Assembly: GCA_964234715.1 (NCBI GenBank)
Contig: OZ174276.1
Source of the DNA: Podarcis melisellensis
Taxonomy: Eukaryota
Reading direction: 5' to 3' (one strand)
Length of the DNA stretch: 64,000 nucleotides
Below, in pieces: positions 38,379 through 52,110 of the stretch. The position numbers were made by a program, and so were the translations under genes. The notes under the pieces are model-generated. The model ran no database searches and was not told the origin of the DNA. It worked only from the letters and a program-made list of their open reading frames with translations. Each line of letters starts with the position of its first letter. Within the stretch, counting starts at the first letter, position 1.

Positions 38379-39622
38379 TGGATTAGGCAATGCTAGCAGA
38401 TGCTACCACAAAGGCTTAAGCCATGTTGGATGGAGAAACAGCTGAAGGTATGAAGTAGGTGGCGTGGAGGGAGGGCAAAGTATGAAAAAACAAGCCATAG
38501 TCACTTTGGTCATCTGCAGGTGATCATTAAACCATGTCTTAGGCATGGTTGAACCTGATGTGCGAAGCGAGCCTATAACCAGTCCATCTAATTCAAGAGA
38601 GGAGGCAGAAATAGAAACTATACCCTTCCTTATTCCCTCCCTTTCCATAGTACATCTCCACATGGCAACTGCAGGTAATAGTCATGTATCAGAGTCAGAG
38701 AAATGGGTCAGTTGTTTCCTCAGCACACTTCCCTTCTTATATTTGATGGCTCTCAACCCAGTTTGACTAACATGACTAACAAGATAAAGAGTCACGTGAT
38801 AAAGATCCTGTTATTTTGAACTGATTTACTTATTGGATTCTCTTATAAACTGCCCTTAATCCATTTAGGATCATAGAATGGTTCATAATACAATAATGCA
38901 ATAATATACAATACAATCCATAAAACCACGGACTACTAAACTGTAGAGAAAATCAGGAATTTACAACTCATCCTATGTAGAGAACTAGATTCTCAGGGGA
39001 AAGGGTTCTAGCCTACCTTTACTATTCTAGTTTTCTACATGGAGCAATGATGGATTTCTTTGGAGGGGGATTTAGAAGGCCACTTGGTCAAGTTAAACTC
39101 GCAATCTGGAGAACTGGTACAGCCTCATAGATTCACCTCAATGAAACCTATGTCTTTGACTGATGTGACATAAGATATCTGTCTGATCTTCGATGTATAG
39201 ATGTGATGATGAAGAACAGCCTTTTCGTTCTTAATTTAAATTGTGGTCAGTCATCTCCTTAGTGGTTAAAGCCTCTGCATTTACCATAGTCTTTGGAATG
39301 ATATTTTCCATTTCAAAAATAACATTTGTGGCAGCATGATTTGCGTAAGACTCATTGACATTTTGTATTTATGTTCACCACTTATGTCTCATGTGAAAAC
39401 TGCACTGACTACAGAGTCATGTATCTAGATTCTCTGGGATCTCAGGATAGTCCACTTTTATTATCTGAGTGCCCATCAAACATGGCACATGCTCTGTTCT
39501 TGAATACATTTCACTTAATAAGCTGATGAAGCAATATAATATTTTTAGATCCAAATAAAAAATAGCAATACTTTACTTAAAATACAGCCACTCACAGGAG
39601 TTCCTATGTTTAACATACTTAC

Positions 39623-39735
39623 TTTGTAGCCTAGTACTTCAGACTCATTTTCCATTGTTTTCACATGCTCCCAGTTCAAGCATATCTTCGAATTTGTCAG
39701 TTTCCAGGCAATGTTGGCTGGGCGTTGACTTGGGG
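39623..39735 (-). CDS. CNTN6: Contactin-6 exon, FNIII-4 N-terminal half (113 nt)
   Basis: aag|(P)[37 protein letters not shown]|gtaagt. Nearly identical to recalled human CNTN6 '[33 protein letters not shown]'. Confidence 0.95.
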
Positions 39736-41935
39736 CTTTAATAAAAGATAAGGACAACATGCATCATTTCCAGACAGAAGCTGCACAAACTGTTAACATG
39801 AAAAGTACTCAGATATGACTGATTCAAACTCAAAGTAACTATTTAAAGACTCTTATTGCAATCGCCTTTCCTATGTGAAGCAAATTCTATTCATAACAGG
39901 CGGGGAAGAACAGAACCCACTGATCAAAAAACTGTATTAACAAATTACATTATTAATAGAGCCCACAATCTGGTTAGCTGTGTGCTTTTGCACCCAGATG
40001 CTGGGAAGATATTTCATTAAAAGTTCCACAGTTATTCCACAATCATTGGCCTGGGATGTACCATGTAGCTCAAACCAGCTAGGGAATGTGATGCTTGCCA
40101 CACTCACCAAAAACATTTGACTCATAAAACCCCACAAGTGGCAATATATTATGATGTGCTTCCCCGTCCTGGGAATTGTATAGTGAAATAGATGCCAACC
40201 CTCATATGCCTATGTGGGTACCCTATCTTTTTCTGTAAAATGTCCCTAGTTGGTTTTCAGGGGTGCCATATGTGGAGGGAGGGAAGGTGGCCTCTCCCAT
40301 GGGTATATGGAGATTGTCATCTTTTTCTCAAAGAAAGAACAAATAAGAGGAGTCAATTAAACCACCTCACTAAAAAAATAAAAAGGGGGGTGAGAAAGCA
40401 AGCTGGAACAAATCATGCCTGGAAAGGTTGTACACATGTGATCTAAACTGCATGTCCATGTTTCAATCTGAGCATGATTGGTGGGCTATAAACCATGCAG
40501 CCTTGCTACAAATTGTGGAGGAAACCAAAATCTTCTCCCATTCTTGTGAACAGAAGTGCCTGTTGTGGGTGGGCGCAGGGCAGGGTTGTTGGTTTCAGGG
40601 AAAACTAGTAGGGTGGTAGGGACAGTTGAGGCATCTGGAACAGATGATTTGAAGCCAGGAACTCTTCTTCAGGTCAGACTTCAACAGAGATGGAGAGGGG
40701 CTTGTTTAGTCCTTTGAGTATCCATTGCTCATTTCCAGGCCTGACTCTGGTAAAAATAAAATAAAATCCCTCAAGCTTTGAATGCCCTGTGTGTGCCGTT
40801 TCTTGGGGTCTTGGTTCAAGGGCTACTGAGACAAGACTCTTACTGGGTAGCCACTGCCAACTGGTGAAATATATTATCTACAGTACATGCCTGCATAAGT
40901 GGAAAGGCATAAATATATCTTATTGCATAAATATTTATTTCACAAAGATAGCTGGAAAATTCTAGACATATTTCTTAGCTCTGATCTGATTTTATTTAAA
41001 AAGACACAGAAGAGTTTTGATGAGAAACAACTAAGCAAATGATTAAAGGTAATTGAAACAGTTTCTTTTTGTCCATATAAAGACTGACCACAAGTTCACA
41101 GCTGGAAAAAATATACAAAGTATAACCAGATTTCTTATTATCTCCATAGTTATATGGTGCACATTCCCACACATCATTGTTCTGTGAAGAAGGAAGAAGG
41201 AAGATAGAACTGTGTGGAAGGATACTTATTTGAGCCTTCTATAGCTGGCATTTAAGCCAATGACAAGCTTCCCTCAAGGTGCCTAATTTTATTTCATTAA
41301 GTCCTCTTCAGAAATTTCCCTCCATCTATTCCAGCTCCACCCTCCCAACTTCCTTGCATTTGGTGGATGGCCTGCCCACCAATATGCATTCAGGTGTTCT
41401 CCATGTAATTAGGATCCCAATTGTGCAGATGAACCTTAATTGTGTATTCAGCTAGAGGTGTGTAGGTTCTCCCTGCTGAATATGTGCAGTTCAAAAGACA
41501 GGAAGAAGATCAGACTGCATGAGATTTACAGATGGTCCACATTGTCCCATTCCCACACAACTCTCCCATTAATGCATCCATGAACATGTGAGAATATAGT
41601 TCTTTCTGGAGAGGACTATATTACATTCTACTATGTCATACTGAACTTAACTATCCAATAGAAGGATTGTAATGCAACAGATGACCTTGTTAATGAGTCT
41701 ACTGCAATTTCAGGTACCATCTTTTATGAGAGGTACACTTCATATACCTGTGAAAGACTAACAGCACAATCCTATGCATGCTTCCTAAAAAGCAAGTCCT
41801 GCTGTGTTCAGTAGGCTGATTTACTAGCAAGTGTGTTTAGGATGCAGTCTAAAAATATAAAGCTAGAAAAGGTGAAATCGAAACAATCCATAGTTCACTT
41901 TACTATGCAAGTTAGTCCACAAGTAAAATCCATTA

Positions 41936-41939
41936 GTTG

Positions 41940-41982
<43 letters not shown>
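41936..41982. repeat. (GTT)n microsatellite
   Basis: Directly visible. Confidence 0.95.
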
Positions 41983-43419
41983 AATAGTTTGATGTTTTTT
42001 TGTCTGATTCTCACTTCCATTGCCTTACTAAAATGCAATGGGTTGCATCTGGGAGTGAGAATATAATAATAAATGTAAAAATCACAATTTGTTGCCCTTT
42101 CCTTATGTCAAATTCAGGTTCCTGAGGTGGCCATCTCATTCTGCCCAATGATAGGGCTGGGCCAGGGAGGAGGGCATCACCTCCCACACTGTTCCAGAGT
42201 ATCCTCCAACCCCACAGAACAGTTTTTATGGACATACAAGGGGCTGCAGGGGGAAGAAAGAATCAATGAAGAATCACTTATACCCCCTACTTTTCTCTGT
42301 TGAAGCACCCCAGAAGCAGCATTTGCTCATGGAGACTCTGAATCCAACCCATTTTATGAATTTGTTGTCCCCCCCATTTTAATGATACTTCCTCCACCCA
42401 AATTCTATATTCTCTTCTATCATTGAGTGTAAGATATGGAAAGTGTTTGAAGTCCTCATCCCGTCCACTCCCTCTTTGATGTGCACTATGCAGAAGAGTG
42501 TTTATAAGGATTCTGCATGCATTAAAAATGAATAACCACAAAACACCCTTTACCTGTGCATTAGTGGCCACCTCTCCATACGTAACCTAAAAAGGAGAAA
42601 GAGTTAAACGAAAAAGGGCAAGGTGATGTTCCAGTTAATTAAAAGGTATTACTGGGGGCTCACTACTTCTCGTAAGCCCAAGGTGATTTTGAATGAGAAG
42701 GATGAATAGTAGGCTCATCAAATCAATGGAAGATAGGTGGAGAACATTGAGATATTTTCACAGAGGACTATGAACACCATTCCAGCTCTCATGCATTTCC
42801 AATGATGCTTAATCAAAGAGGGAAACTGAGGGAATATTTACACCATATTCTAATTTTTCCTCTGGAATTTTAAGGTATGTCAGTTTAGACTCCTCACAAT
42901 ACATCACAGTTCAAATGTGATGTGATTCTTCTTGGCTGCTAGGATATTCTCTTTCCACACTATTTTGAAGTTACAGGTTGTACCAGGCTTTTGTCTGGCA
43001 CTACTGGGAGAAACTGAAAACAGATATATACTCATTAAACCCAATAAAAACAATCCAGCATTCAGGTGCACAAAGGCCTATTGAAATGAATGAGTGTAGA
43101 ACACTTCTAACCCATTGATGAACTATAGATTTTCTGCAGTAGTGCTATAATGAAGCAGCCACGCTCGTTGAGCCAAAATGTTATTTTCCTCCATTTTTAA
43201 CAATGGAAAGGAAGAACAAACAAAAGGACCATCTCATATCCTCACCCTTTTCTTTTTCCTGCTATTCTTAAGGTGCTGAAATTTCTAATGTTACATGCAC
43301 CTTGTTCAACTGAAGGTTAGTAGAAATTCCAGCTGTAAATGTGATCAAGCCTTCAAAATGACAAAAGGAGTATTTCCCAAACAAGTAACAAAATCCATCA
43401 AATGATACACATACTAGAT

Positions 43420-43741
43420 CATGGGTAGGCAACCTAAGGCCCATGGGCTGGATGCGGCCCAACCGCCTTCTCAATCTGGCCCATGGAAGGCCCGGGAATC
43501 AGCATGTTTTTACATGAGTAGAATGTGTCCTTTTATTCAAAATGCATCTCTGGGTTATTTGTGGGGCCTGCCTGGTGTTTTTACATGAGTAGAATGTGTG
43601 CTGTTATTTAAAATGCATCTCTGGGTTATTTGTGGGGCATAGGAATTCGTTCATATATTTTTTTCAAAATATAGTCCAGCCCACCACATGGTCTGAGGGA
43701 CGGTGGACCGGCCCATGGCTGAAAAAGGTTGCTAACCCCTG
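43420..43741. mobile_element. hAT (Charlie-like) non-autonomous element
   Basis: TIRs CATGGGTAGGCAACCT / AGGTTGCTAACCCCTG; exact 8-bp TSD tactagat; internal ~60-bp direct duplication. Confidence 0.9.
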
Positions 43742-44783
43742 TACTAGATTCTATTAAAAGGACTGGACTTAATTCATTGATTTATAACTGCTTGCCGTTA
43801 TCAGAGGTGGATTTAGGGGAGCACAACCAGTTTGGTCACACTGGGTGCTGAGCATTGGGGGGCACCACAGAGGATGCTGCAATTATTATTGAGAATGGAG
43901 CATGAGAAGCAGGGTGTGTGCGCCAAATGTTGGTGTTGTGCAGGGCACTGCTGTATTATGAGACCCCCTAGTCTGCCGCTGCTGTTAAGTGCACATATCT
44001 TCCATGCAGGAATTTTGTAACAAAAGGTAGCCCTCAATGAGAGTTGTGCAAGAGAAGAATGGAAGAGTATTCTGCCCCATGCTTTCGAAAAGTACAGTTC
44101 ATGACACAATCATTCCCCCACCTCCCCAGAGGTGCATCTGTAGAGAGCATTTGCAATAAATCTTGTAGAGAAACTGCAGACCTGTGGCAACTCATTTCCT
44201 AGACAGGAGCTGTTGAAAATTAGTCCAAGACTCGAAACAGACAGAGGTGCCTGCCATTTCCATCTGAGTTGGTTGTCTCCCAATCCAAGGTGTTGCTTTC
44301 TTACGGGTCTGCCTTGCACAGCTGCCTGTACTTCCAGCAAAGAAATATGGTGGGCTGGGCACTTCATGGTGACCCACATTAATCCCTTTGAAATTTTGTA
44401 AATTGTGTGGTTTACTTCATGTGGTGAAGTGAACTGACTGGTGTACTGCTTGCGATTATTGCTTTAATCGTGTTGGGAAAGCTGGGTGCCCAATCAGTCT
44501 CTGAATGAAGGGGAGGACTTTTCATTTAGTAACACAGAGACATATTTCCAATACCCATGCAGTACTTAAGCACTGCATTTTTTTTAAAAAAGGTGGCAAC
44601 TTTATCAGTTATTGTAGTTCAGCATCCAATATCATCACTTCCTTTTGAAATATAGGACAGACATACTAGTTGTGGAACTTTATGATGCTTTTCTACTAGG
44701 CAAAGTTGTGCTGCAGCAGGTTACTGTGAGTCAAGTGCACTTGTGCTTTTTTAAAAAAGTCATTGGCTGTTTAAGATACTCAC

Positions 44784-44970
44784 GTGCTTTTTTTGTAGTG
44801 ACGTTAACGGGGACACTGGATGGTCCAGTCCCAGCTGTGTTGAAAGCCCTCACTGTGGCAAAATACATTGTATTGGCCCTGAGGCTGGTGATATTTTTGG
44901 CTGTGATGTTGCCGTTGACTCTGACTTTGCCAGTTGCAGAATCCTTTGAGTCGTCCGTCCAGTACAAGAC
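44784..44970 (-). CDS. CNTN6: Contactin-6 exon, FNIII-3 C-terminal half (187 nt)
   Basis: tag|VLYWTDDSKDSATGKVRVNGNITAKNITSLRANTMYFATVRAFNTAGTGPSSVPVNVTTKKA|gtgagt. Confidence 0.95.
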
Positions 44971-45508
44971 CTAAAGTTTAAGAGCAAGGGTTCATTGCTT
45001 TTTCTCCAATTACAACCTTGATTGGAAAGAAGACAAGTAGACAAGTAATGCTTCAAGAGGGACAGCTGATTTTGTAATTGAAGCTGTCAGGATATAAAAG
45101 CAGGCATGAATATTTATAGCATTTCTTGCATCCTGAATACAAACCAGGGGGGGGGGGACCCACACATAAACAAATTAGGACTCCTTTGCTTTTATAGCTA
45201 TCCAAAGGGGAAACTTTGATAAGGTGAGTAATGCTTAAGAGCTTGTCGATCTATAATTAAACCATGAAGGAAAAAGGAAAAAGAAATGAAATGAAAGAGG
45301 ATTCCTAGAGAGATCTTAATTATTATGTTTCTTGCCCATGTAGTTACAATTCAATAACTATTGACTTAGGCCTCCCTTTGAGCTCTAACAGTTGTTTGAT
45401 GTGGAAGAGCATGTGCTTTCTGAACTAGACCATCCACTCTGAGGTTCAGCAGCAAATGTACTTACAGTGTCACCATCCCCACACAAGAGGAGGTTTCAGC
45501 AGGCTTGG

Positions 45509-45665
45509 GAACATAGGAAGCTGCCTTATACTGAGGGAGACCCTGACAGCAGCTCTCCAGAACTTTAGACAATAGTACCTCCCAATCCTACCTGGAGATG
45601 TCAGGGATTGAACTTGGGACCTCCTGCATGCAGAGCACATTCACTACTATTGAGCCAAGACCCCT
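45509..45665 (-). mobile_element. tRNA-derived SINE
   Basis: cctggagatgtcagggattgaacttgggacctcctgcatgcagagcac...actattgagcca is the reverse-strand tRNA-like head. Confidence 0.7.
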
Positions 45666-45963
45666 TTGGGCCCTTTTTTTGTGTGAAGTCAAGGTTTACA
45701 AAGCTACCTTTCCACAAACCCTGCAGAACAGCTCCCCCCACCTTGGGGTGGGGGGAATGGGAATACAAGAGAGAAGGAAATCATTCCATGAGTGCTATGA
45801 CAACATTGGATGCAACCCATAGCTATTAAAAGCTACTAGAGAAAGGAATATAAGAAAGAAAATGGTTTATCTGGTTTGAGATAATAGAATGCACAGACAG
45901 TGCAATTTGCTACCTACCATTGCCAATCTGTAAGCTGCCCTCCAGTGAATCATGGAATATTTA

Positions 45964-46326
45964 AAGGTAAAGGTAAAGGGACCCCTGACCATTAGGTCCA
46001 GTTGTGGCCGACTCTGGGGTTGCGACGCTCATCTCGCTTTATTGGCCAAGGGAGCTGGCGTACATCTTCCGAGTCATGTGGCCAGCATGACTAAGCTGCT
46101 TCTGGTCTGGCGAAACCAGAGCAGCACACAGAAACGCCGTTTACCTTCCCACTGGAGTGGTACCTATTTATCTACTTTCACTTTTGATGTGCTTTCGAAC
46201 TGCTAGGTTGGCAGGAGCAGGGACCAAGCAATGGGTGCTTACCCCATCATGGGGATTCGAACCACCGACCTTCTGATTGGCAAGTCCTAGGCTCTGTGGT
46301 TTAACCCACAGTGCCACTCACGTCCC
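45964..46326 (-). mobile_element. Sauria SINE, full length
   Basis: aaggtaaaggtaaagggacccctgacc...gtggtttaacccacagtgccactcacgtccc; exact 13-bp TSD catggaatattta. Confidence 0.93.
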
Positions 46327-46593
46327 CATGGAATATTTACAGAGATTCTAATTGCACAGGGTGAGTGTGTCTAAAAAACAACAACCCCAGAATCTTATTC
46401 AAAGTTGAAAGGAGACCAGTCTGTCTGCAAATAACCACATGCAAGGCATTAGACTAAAGGATATGTATACAAAAGCAGGAGAGGTTGAGGTTGGAAAGTT
46501 GTGTTGCAAGAATGCTGATGCTCAGCAGAGAAGATGGTGTGCTGAATGAACCAGCTATATTTGACTACAAAAATCTAATATGAAGTGTCCCAC

Positions 46594-46709
46594 CTCATAG
46601 CCAAGAACCCTTCCAGTATGTCTGTTCCACACAACAGGATTCCAAGAGACTTCTATTTCTGAGGCTGAGAAACTTTGTACAATGGTTCCAGTTGGCGCTA
46701 TCTGTGGCT
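46594..46709 (-). CDS. CNTN6: Contactin-6 exon, FNIII-3 N-terminal half (116 nt)
   Basis: cag|(E)PQIAPTGTIVQSFSASEIEVSWNPVVWNRHTGRVLGYE|gtggga. WNRxTGRVLGYE matches CNTN6 as I recall it. Confidence 0.95.
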
Positions 46710-47045
46710 CTGGGAAAGCAATTGTGGCACAGAAAACACACATTTAGAGACCACAATGTAATACCAAGTTGTTATAATGAAAAATAAACAGAAGGGATTA
46801 TAAATCTGCAGAAATCATGAAAAGACTGATCTCTCACAACTAAAGACTTCCTGTGGCAACCAACTTCTTATGATGTAGTGAATTTAGCTATTGAACCACC
46901 ATGACATTATGGCACAGCAATGCATCCATGCCACTGTCTATGATGTGATGTCAAACACTTCACAATATGGTTCAGATATCAGTTACACCAAAGTAAGAAG
47001 ACCCAACAGTGTCATAAATGGTAAGACATGGATGATTTTGCTTAC

Positions 47046-47280
47046 CGTCTTCTCCAGAGTACACAATATATATTGGGCTCATTGCGCCTACTCCTTCGTG
47101 ATTGAAGACTCCCACTTTCACTTCAAAAGGGAATAAGGGTGTGATGCTTTCATTTCTATAGATGTATTTGGATGCCTCCACTGAGGCAACCACTGCCTTT
47201 GTCCAGCTTGCAGAGCCCAGAGGCCGGAACATAATAATGTAGCCAAAACCTTCCCCGTATTGTAGTTCCTCAGGAACTGA
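47046..47280 (-). CDS. CNTN6: Contactin-6 exon, FNIII-2 (235 nt)
   Basis: cag|SVPEELQYGEGFGYIIMFRPLGSASWTKAVVASVEASKYIYRNESITPLFPFEVKVGVFNHEGVGAMSPIYIVYSGED|gtaagc. Confidence 0.95.
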
Positions 47281-49531
47281 CTGCAAGAGGCATAAAAATC
47301 AATCAATAACCACTTGCAAGCACTGTATATGCTGTTTTAATTGAATCTTCTCTCTATCAGTATATTTTAGTTGTATTGATTTGGTTGACTGTGCTTCCAA
47401 GAAGATAATAATGTTTGCTCCATCAGTCAATGTAATATTGAAAATAACAATAAAAATAAATCAATTGAGGCAATCAATTTAGAAACAAAAGACCTAATCA
47501 GCAGCATTAAAAAGCATGCACTACATTTTAAAAATTAGACTCATTTCATTATCATCTTAGTTTGCTTTTGATTTTCCACCATCCTACACACCCTTTGGAG
47601 TGCTGAATTGCTATTTTTTAAAGAATGACAACAGAATGGAAGTGACTATTGCTATATAAGTGTACACCAACTTGGTGATTGCAACTTTGGGCCATGCTAC
47701 ATGAGGCACACGAGGCACATGAGGCACACTAGATTCATGAATGGTATCTCCTGGTATTTCTATTTTACTAAAAGCTCACATGGGAATGCGGTCCAAATTG
47801 GCAGGTCTGGGGAAAGGGTTAATCATTTTCCCATTGCCATTTCCCAGATCATAGTGCCCCAAGATTTGCATGTAAGTTTAGTGTGTGTCACAAGAATATA
47901 ACCAGTATTAATTTTTGTAGTTTCAACATTCTATAGTTTCAACATTGCCATGTTTCTATCTGTAAGTCTAGCCAAAGCAATATTCTCTTAATAAACCAAA
48001 TGGAAAAAATATGCACTGGTGACTATGTCGATATTATTTTCATGAGGGCGTCCTTTTCCTTATACGTACTTTATGGAAAAAGAAACACTAGTGGAATATT
48101 GGAGCCATTAAGGCTTCATCTGTGTTCTTTAGTAAAACATCATATCCATAATCACTTCAAAGGAACCACTGCTTCAAAGGTAGAGGAAGAACATTAAAAG
48201 CCAACTAAGTTGGTGAATCCCGAAATAAATTAGAGGAACTGATCATCACTAGGGTTCATATAGACACTGCGGAATACGAAGGTATGTTCATGGGGATCAA
48301 TATACAATGATACAATAAAGCACTGAGATTGGATTATCACAGTAAAAAAATAGCAATACTATGCCATTGAGAATTGGATATGGATGGAAGTAGCTAAATG
48401 CATAGATAGAATGTTTGTTTGTTTTTTTAATTGCTTTTAGCATTCACTGCTTACCCTTGTGACAAGAAGTGAGTATACAGCAGTAATATTTATTTATTTA
48501 CTCGACATACCAGAAAAGTAATCACACCTTTGTGGTTTTTTGCTGCTGTTCTTTGTTCAGGCTTGCAATATATAGCGGTGATTGATATTAGAGAGACAGG
48601 AAATGTGCATATCTATCATCTGCCCATCTACCTAATATCTTATACTACTTGCTGGATTATTTAATTTTGGGGAGATGCTCCTGTAATGTTGAATTTATCC
48701 TGGCTGGTTGATCAATTAATCTCAGTAAAGCAGAATTGTGGTGTTCTGTTTTGCAAAATAAAAACTCAAGTGTTAAAATCCAGTTAATGTGCAGAATTTT
48801 TGAAACTTGCATGTGCTCTGAGTCACTTTTCTAGCTTAGCAGTTAGAGAAATATGATAAAAGAAATGCTGCAGTGTACTCTGGGAAATACATTTTTTTAA
48901 AAAACCCATAATTTATAATGTGGCACAATTTTTCGGTATTCATATTCCTTTAAACCGAAAGGTACAAAAGTTACTGAATGCTAAAGATAGAGTCTTTTTT
49001 GTCATTTCTGGAAATCTTTCTGAAACCCCAAAAGTCCATCTTCCTGCCTAAGTTCTTTTCCTTTCTCTCCCTAATAAGTCAAAATACTCTCTTTGTTCCT
49101 GGTCTCTTTTTCTGGAGTGATGCACAGAAAGCGACTGTCAGTTGTCAAGTCAATGGGAATAAAGGACTAGCACATTTTACATGTTCCCTGTCACATGCTG
49201 ACAGAAAAACATTTTCTCTCAGAAAGTGGGGTGTAATGCAGCTGTTTGTTAAAAGAACACAGCTCAAATGATGCACTGGACTCTTGCCATACCCATCTTT
49301 GTAAAGTAAATTCCGAGAGTGAGGGCAGCATAAGTGAACTATGGACAGAAAAAGAAAGAGTTTGCCACTTTATTTGTGCCAATTTACACATTTTGCAATG
49401 AAGAGTGTTCTTTTTCTTTAACTTTGGGGAAAAAATACTTGCAGAAAAAACCTCTTAGGTTGGAAACTCAAGTATTTATCATCTCCTTTTACTATATTTA
49501 GTGTAGTCAATTTTCTGGCTTAAAAAACTTG

Positions 49532-49780
49532 ACATAAGAAGAGCCCTACTGAATCACCCCAAAAGTATGCCTAGGCCATCATCCTATTTCAGAAGCAACC
49601 AGAGGCTTCTGAGGTTCCCATAGCCAGAACATGATGGCTACAGGACTCTCCTGTCTTGTGTTCCCCAGCAACTGGTATTCACACACAAACCATGAGCGTG
49701 ACCAATAGCCACTGGTGACCCTCGCCTCAGTTAATTTGGTTAAATCCCCTTTTAAAGCCATCCATGTTGATCATCTTGCC
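49532..49780 (-). mobile_element. CR1-type LINE 3' end
   Basis: acataagaagagccctactg...aatccccttttaaagccatcca, a reverse-strand CR1 3' UTR and ORF end. Confidence 0.6.
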
Positions 49781-49888
49781 ATTTTGAAATCTATAGTTTA
49801 GTTATGTGCCGTTTGAAGAAGTACTTTCATTTGTCCATACAGAAAATCTCCCACCATTACATGATAAATCGTGTCCTCCTCCCAGACA

Positions 49889-50668
49889 GCACGCATTGTG
49901 GTGAGATCATCAAGACTGACCTCACTGCTGTTGGGGTGGGAGCGATTGGATAGCCACAACAACCCGATTGGTGGTACCTCGGTTGCTGAGGTAATTCTGG
50001 CCAATGGGATTGTTTCATGCATCAACCGAGGGACCTATATGTACCGCTGCGTGTTGCGTTGAGCTTCTTCTTTTCTCATGCATCGGATCACCCGCCCACC
50101 CTCCCTATATTTAGGGTTCAATATGACCTTGCTATGCCATTATGGGTCATCTGTTTTTGGGACAGGGGCCCGGTAGGAATTTTCCCATTTGGCTGATTTG
50201 CTGGTGCCACTTGGGTTTCGCCTGCCGCGTAGCAAATCATCACAACTTTGTAAGGTTTGGCGGTGAGGCATTGGTTCAATGTGGAGGGGAGGGGAGGTTG
50301 TCACACCTGCCCCTCCAATGCGCGAAAGGGTATTCCGTTAAAGGAATCCAGGTGCTTGCCATGCTTTTGTCCGATCCCCTTCCAGGGGTTAGGGCCACGC
50401 CAGAGCACCGGGGAGCATTGTGGGGTGAGGTTGCGTCTGTGGTAAGACCAGTGCTCCCCCAGTCTGTTTACCCTTACTGACTTCTGCCAGTGTCCAGTTG
50501 TCAGTGCTGCCCTGCCGGAGGTGTAGGTGCAGCTATTCGAACCAATGCCTAAGCAAACTACTCACATTCTGTAATCAATAAAGTTGTGGCCAACACTATG
50601 CCAATAACCTTAAACTAATATTGGTGTCAACTGTGTCTTTCTTTGAGAGGTCTTGGGGGTCTTCACAC
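49889..50668 (+). mobile_element. ~0.8 kb retroelement terminal-repeat-like sequence (copy 2), intronic
   Basis: Colinear homolog of 21781-22570. ATTGG boxes, TATA-like ctatat, AATAAA at 50577-50582 followed by gttgtggcc. No TSD found. Confidence 0.75.
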
Positions 50669-51563
50669 ACATCCCTGGGTTCTCAGTATGATGAAGAAAA
50701 CTTAACCTTATCCATTTTCCAACGCCACACATAATGTTATAAACCTGTTTTGTTCAAGGAACACTATTCTGCTCAATATGGAATGGCGTTACTCACTGTA
50801 TAATGGCAACCACTTTATCTTTTTTTGTATAATTGTGTATTACGTTGTCATAACCCACCCTGGGTGAGAAAGGGCAGGTGAGAAATCCTATAAATAAATA
50901 GAAGACATGCATGCATATAGTCAGACCAGCTTTGGGCCAAGTGAACAGTAATTCATGTACCTTGTAATGTTTTAAGTGAAACTTGCTCAAGGGGGCGTAC
51001 TCACATCCTAGGTATAGTCTGTGACAATTCCCATTTGAACATTAAAGGGAGATCCACCTCTGGACTGCAAAAGTGATTGTGCATTTGGTTTGGGAACTTC
51101 TCCAGTTACCTCCAAAGCCACTCTTAGTTGGAACTACGTCTCAGTGATTTCAACTGAACTTATTTCCTTCAGCATGAATTATCCTTTGGGTATTTGATTT
51201 TGCCTTCTAAACATACACTGAGTGGTATTTGATACTGAAAGGCCATGTCTCCTTTTATGCATGACAGGGTATGCCTTGGCAGCATAATATTCCAAATGGG
51301 AGAAAACAACAGCAAGAGACATGCAAACAAAACTGTGTGGAATGTTTAATGTGCAAAATACCCAAACAGATTAGAGTGTTAAGCTGCCTTCTGCATAATG
51401 ATGATAAGAGGGCTACAGATGACTTCTAAACATCTTTATAGCATGCTGCTCACAGTTTACTTCTCTAAATCGCTACCAGTGGTGCAACAAACCTGCTTTT
51501 GCTACACCTGTATTGTAATCTCCCTTCATTATATTGAAGAGCTGAAGCTGATTTACAAATTAC

Positions 51564-51634
51564 CTCCCATGTTATGACGAGCTCAGACCGGCTTCCTCCA
51601 CCTCCACTCACATTTGCTGGTGCCGCTGTAGGAA
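51564..51634 (-). CDS. CNTN6: Contactin-6 exon, start of FNIII-2 (71 nt)
   Basis: tag|(I)[23 protein letters not shown]|gtaatt. [13 protein letters not shown] is typical of the CNTN3/4/5/6 group. Not in the ORF track. Confidence 0.95.
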
Positions 51635-51930
51635 CTAGGAGGGTAAAGCAAAAACCAAAACATCACAAATTTGCGAAATTAAGAAGGCATTCATAGTTTT
51701 GTAAATCCTTCTTTGAATGACCATATGAAAAGAGAAATCAATACATGAGATCCAAAGTCAATAGCAGGTTTAGCATCCTGGTTGGCAATGGTTCCATTGC
51801 TCTCTGGACCAATGCAGATAAGTTCTAAAACTGACCATGGCTGAACTATAGATAAGTTCTCAACTGGGCTATGGGTTCCCTCAACATTTGGGGAGTGGAT
51901 TCTATAGGGATAAAACTAATGTGCCTGTAT

Positions 51931-52110
51931 GTTGTTGTTGTTTAGTCGTTTAGTCGTGTCCGACCCTTCGTGACCCCGTGGACCAGAGCAGGCCAGGCAC
52001 TTCTGTCTTCCACTGCCTCCCGCAGTTTGGTCAAACTCATGCTGGTAGCTTCAAGAACACTGTCCAACCATCTCGTCCTCTGTCGTCCCCTTCTCCTTGC
52101 TCACTCCAAG
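51931..52110 (-). mobile_element. BovB (RTE) LINE, short 3' end
   Basis: Nearly identical to 13815-13983; (CAA)n tail; 9-bp TSD gtgcctgta (51921-51929 / 52111-52119). Confidence 0.9.
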
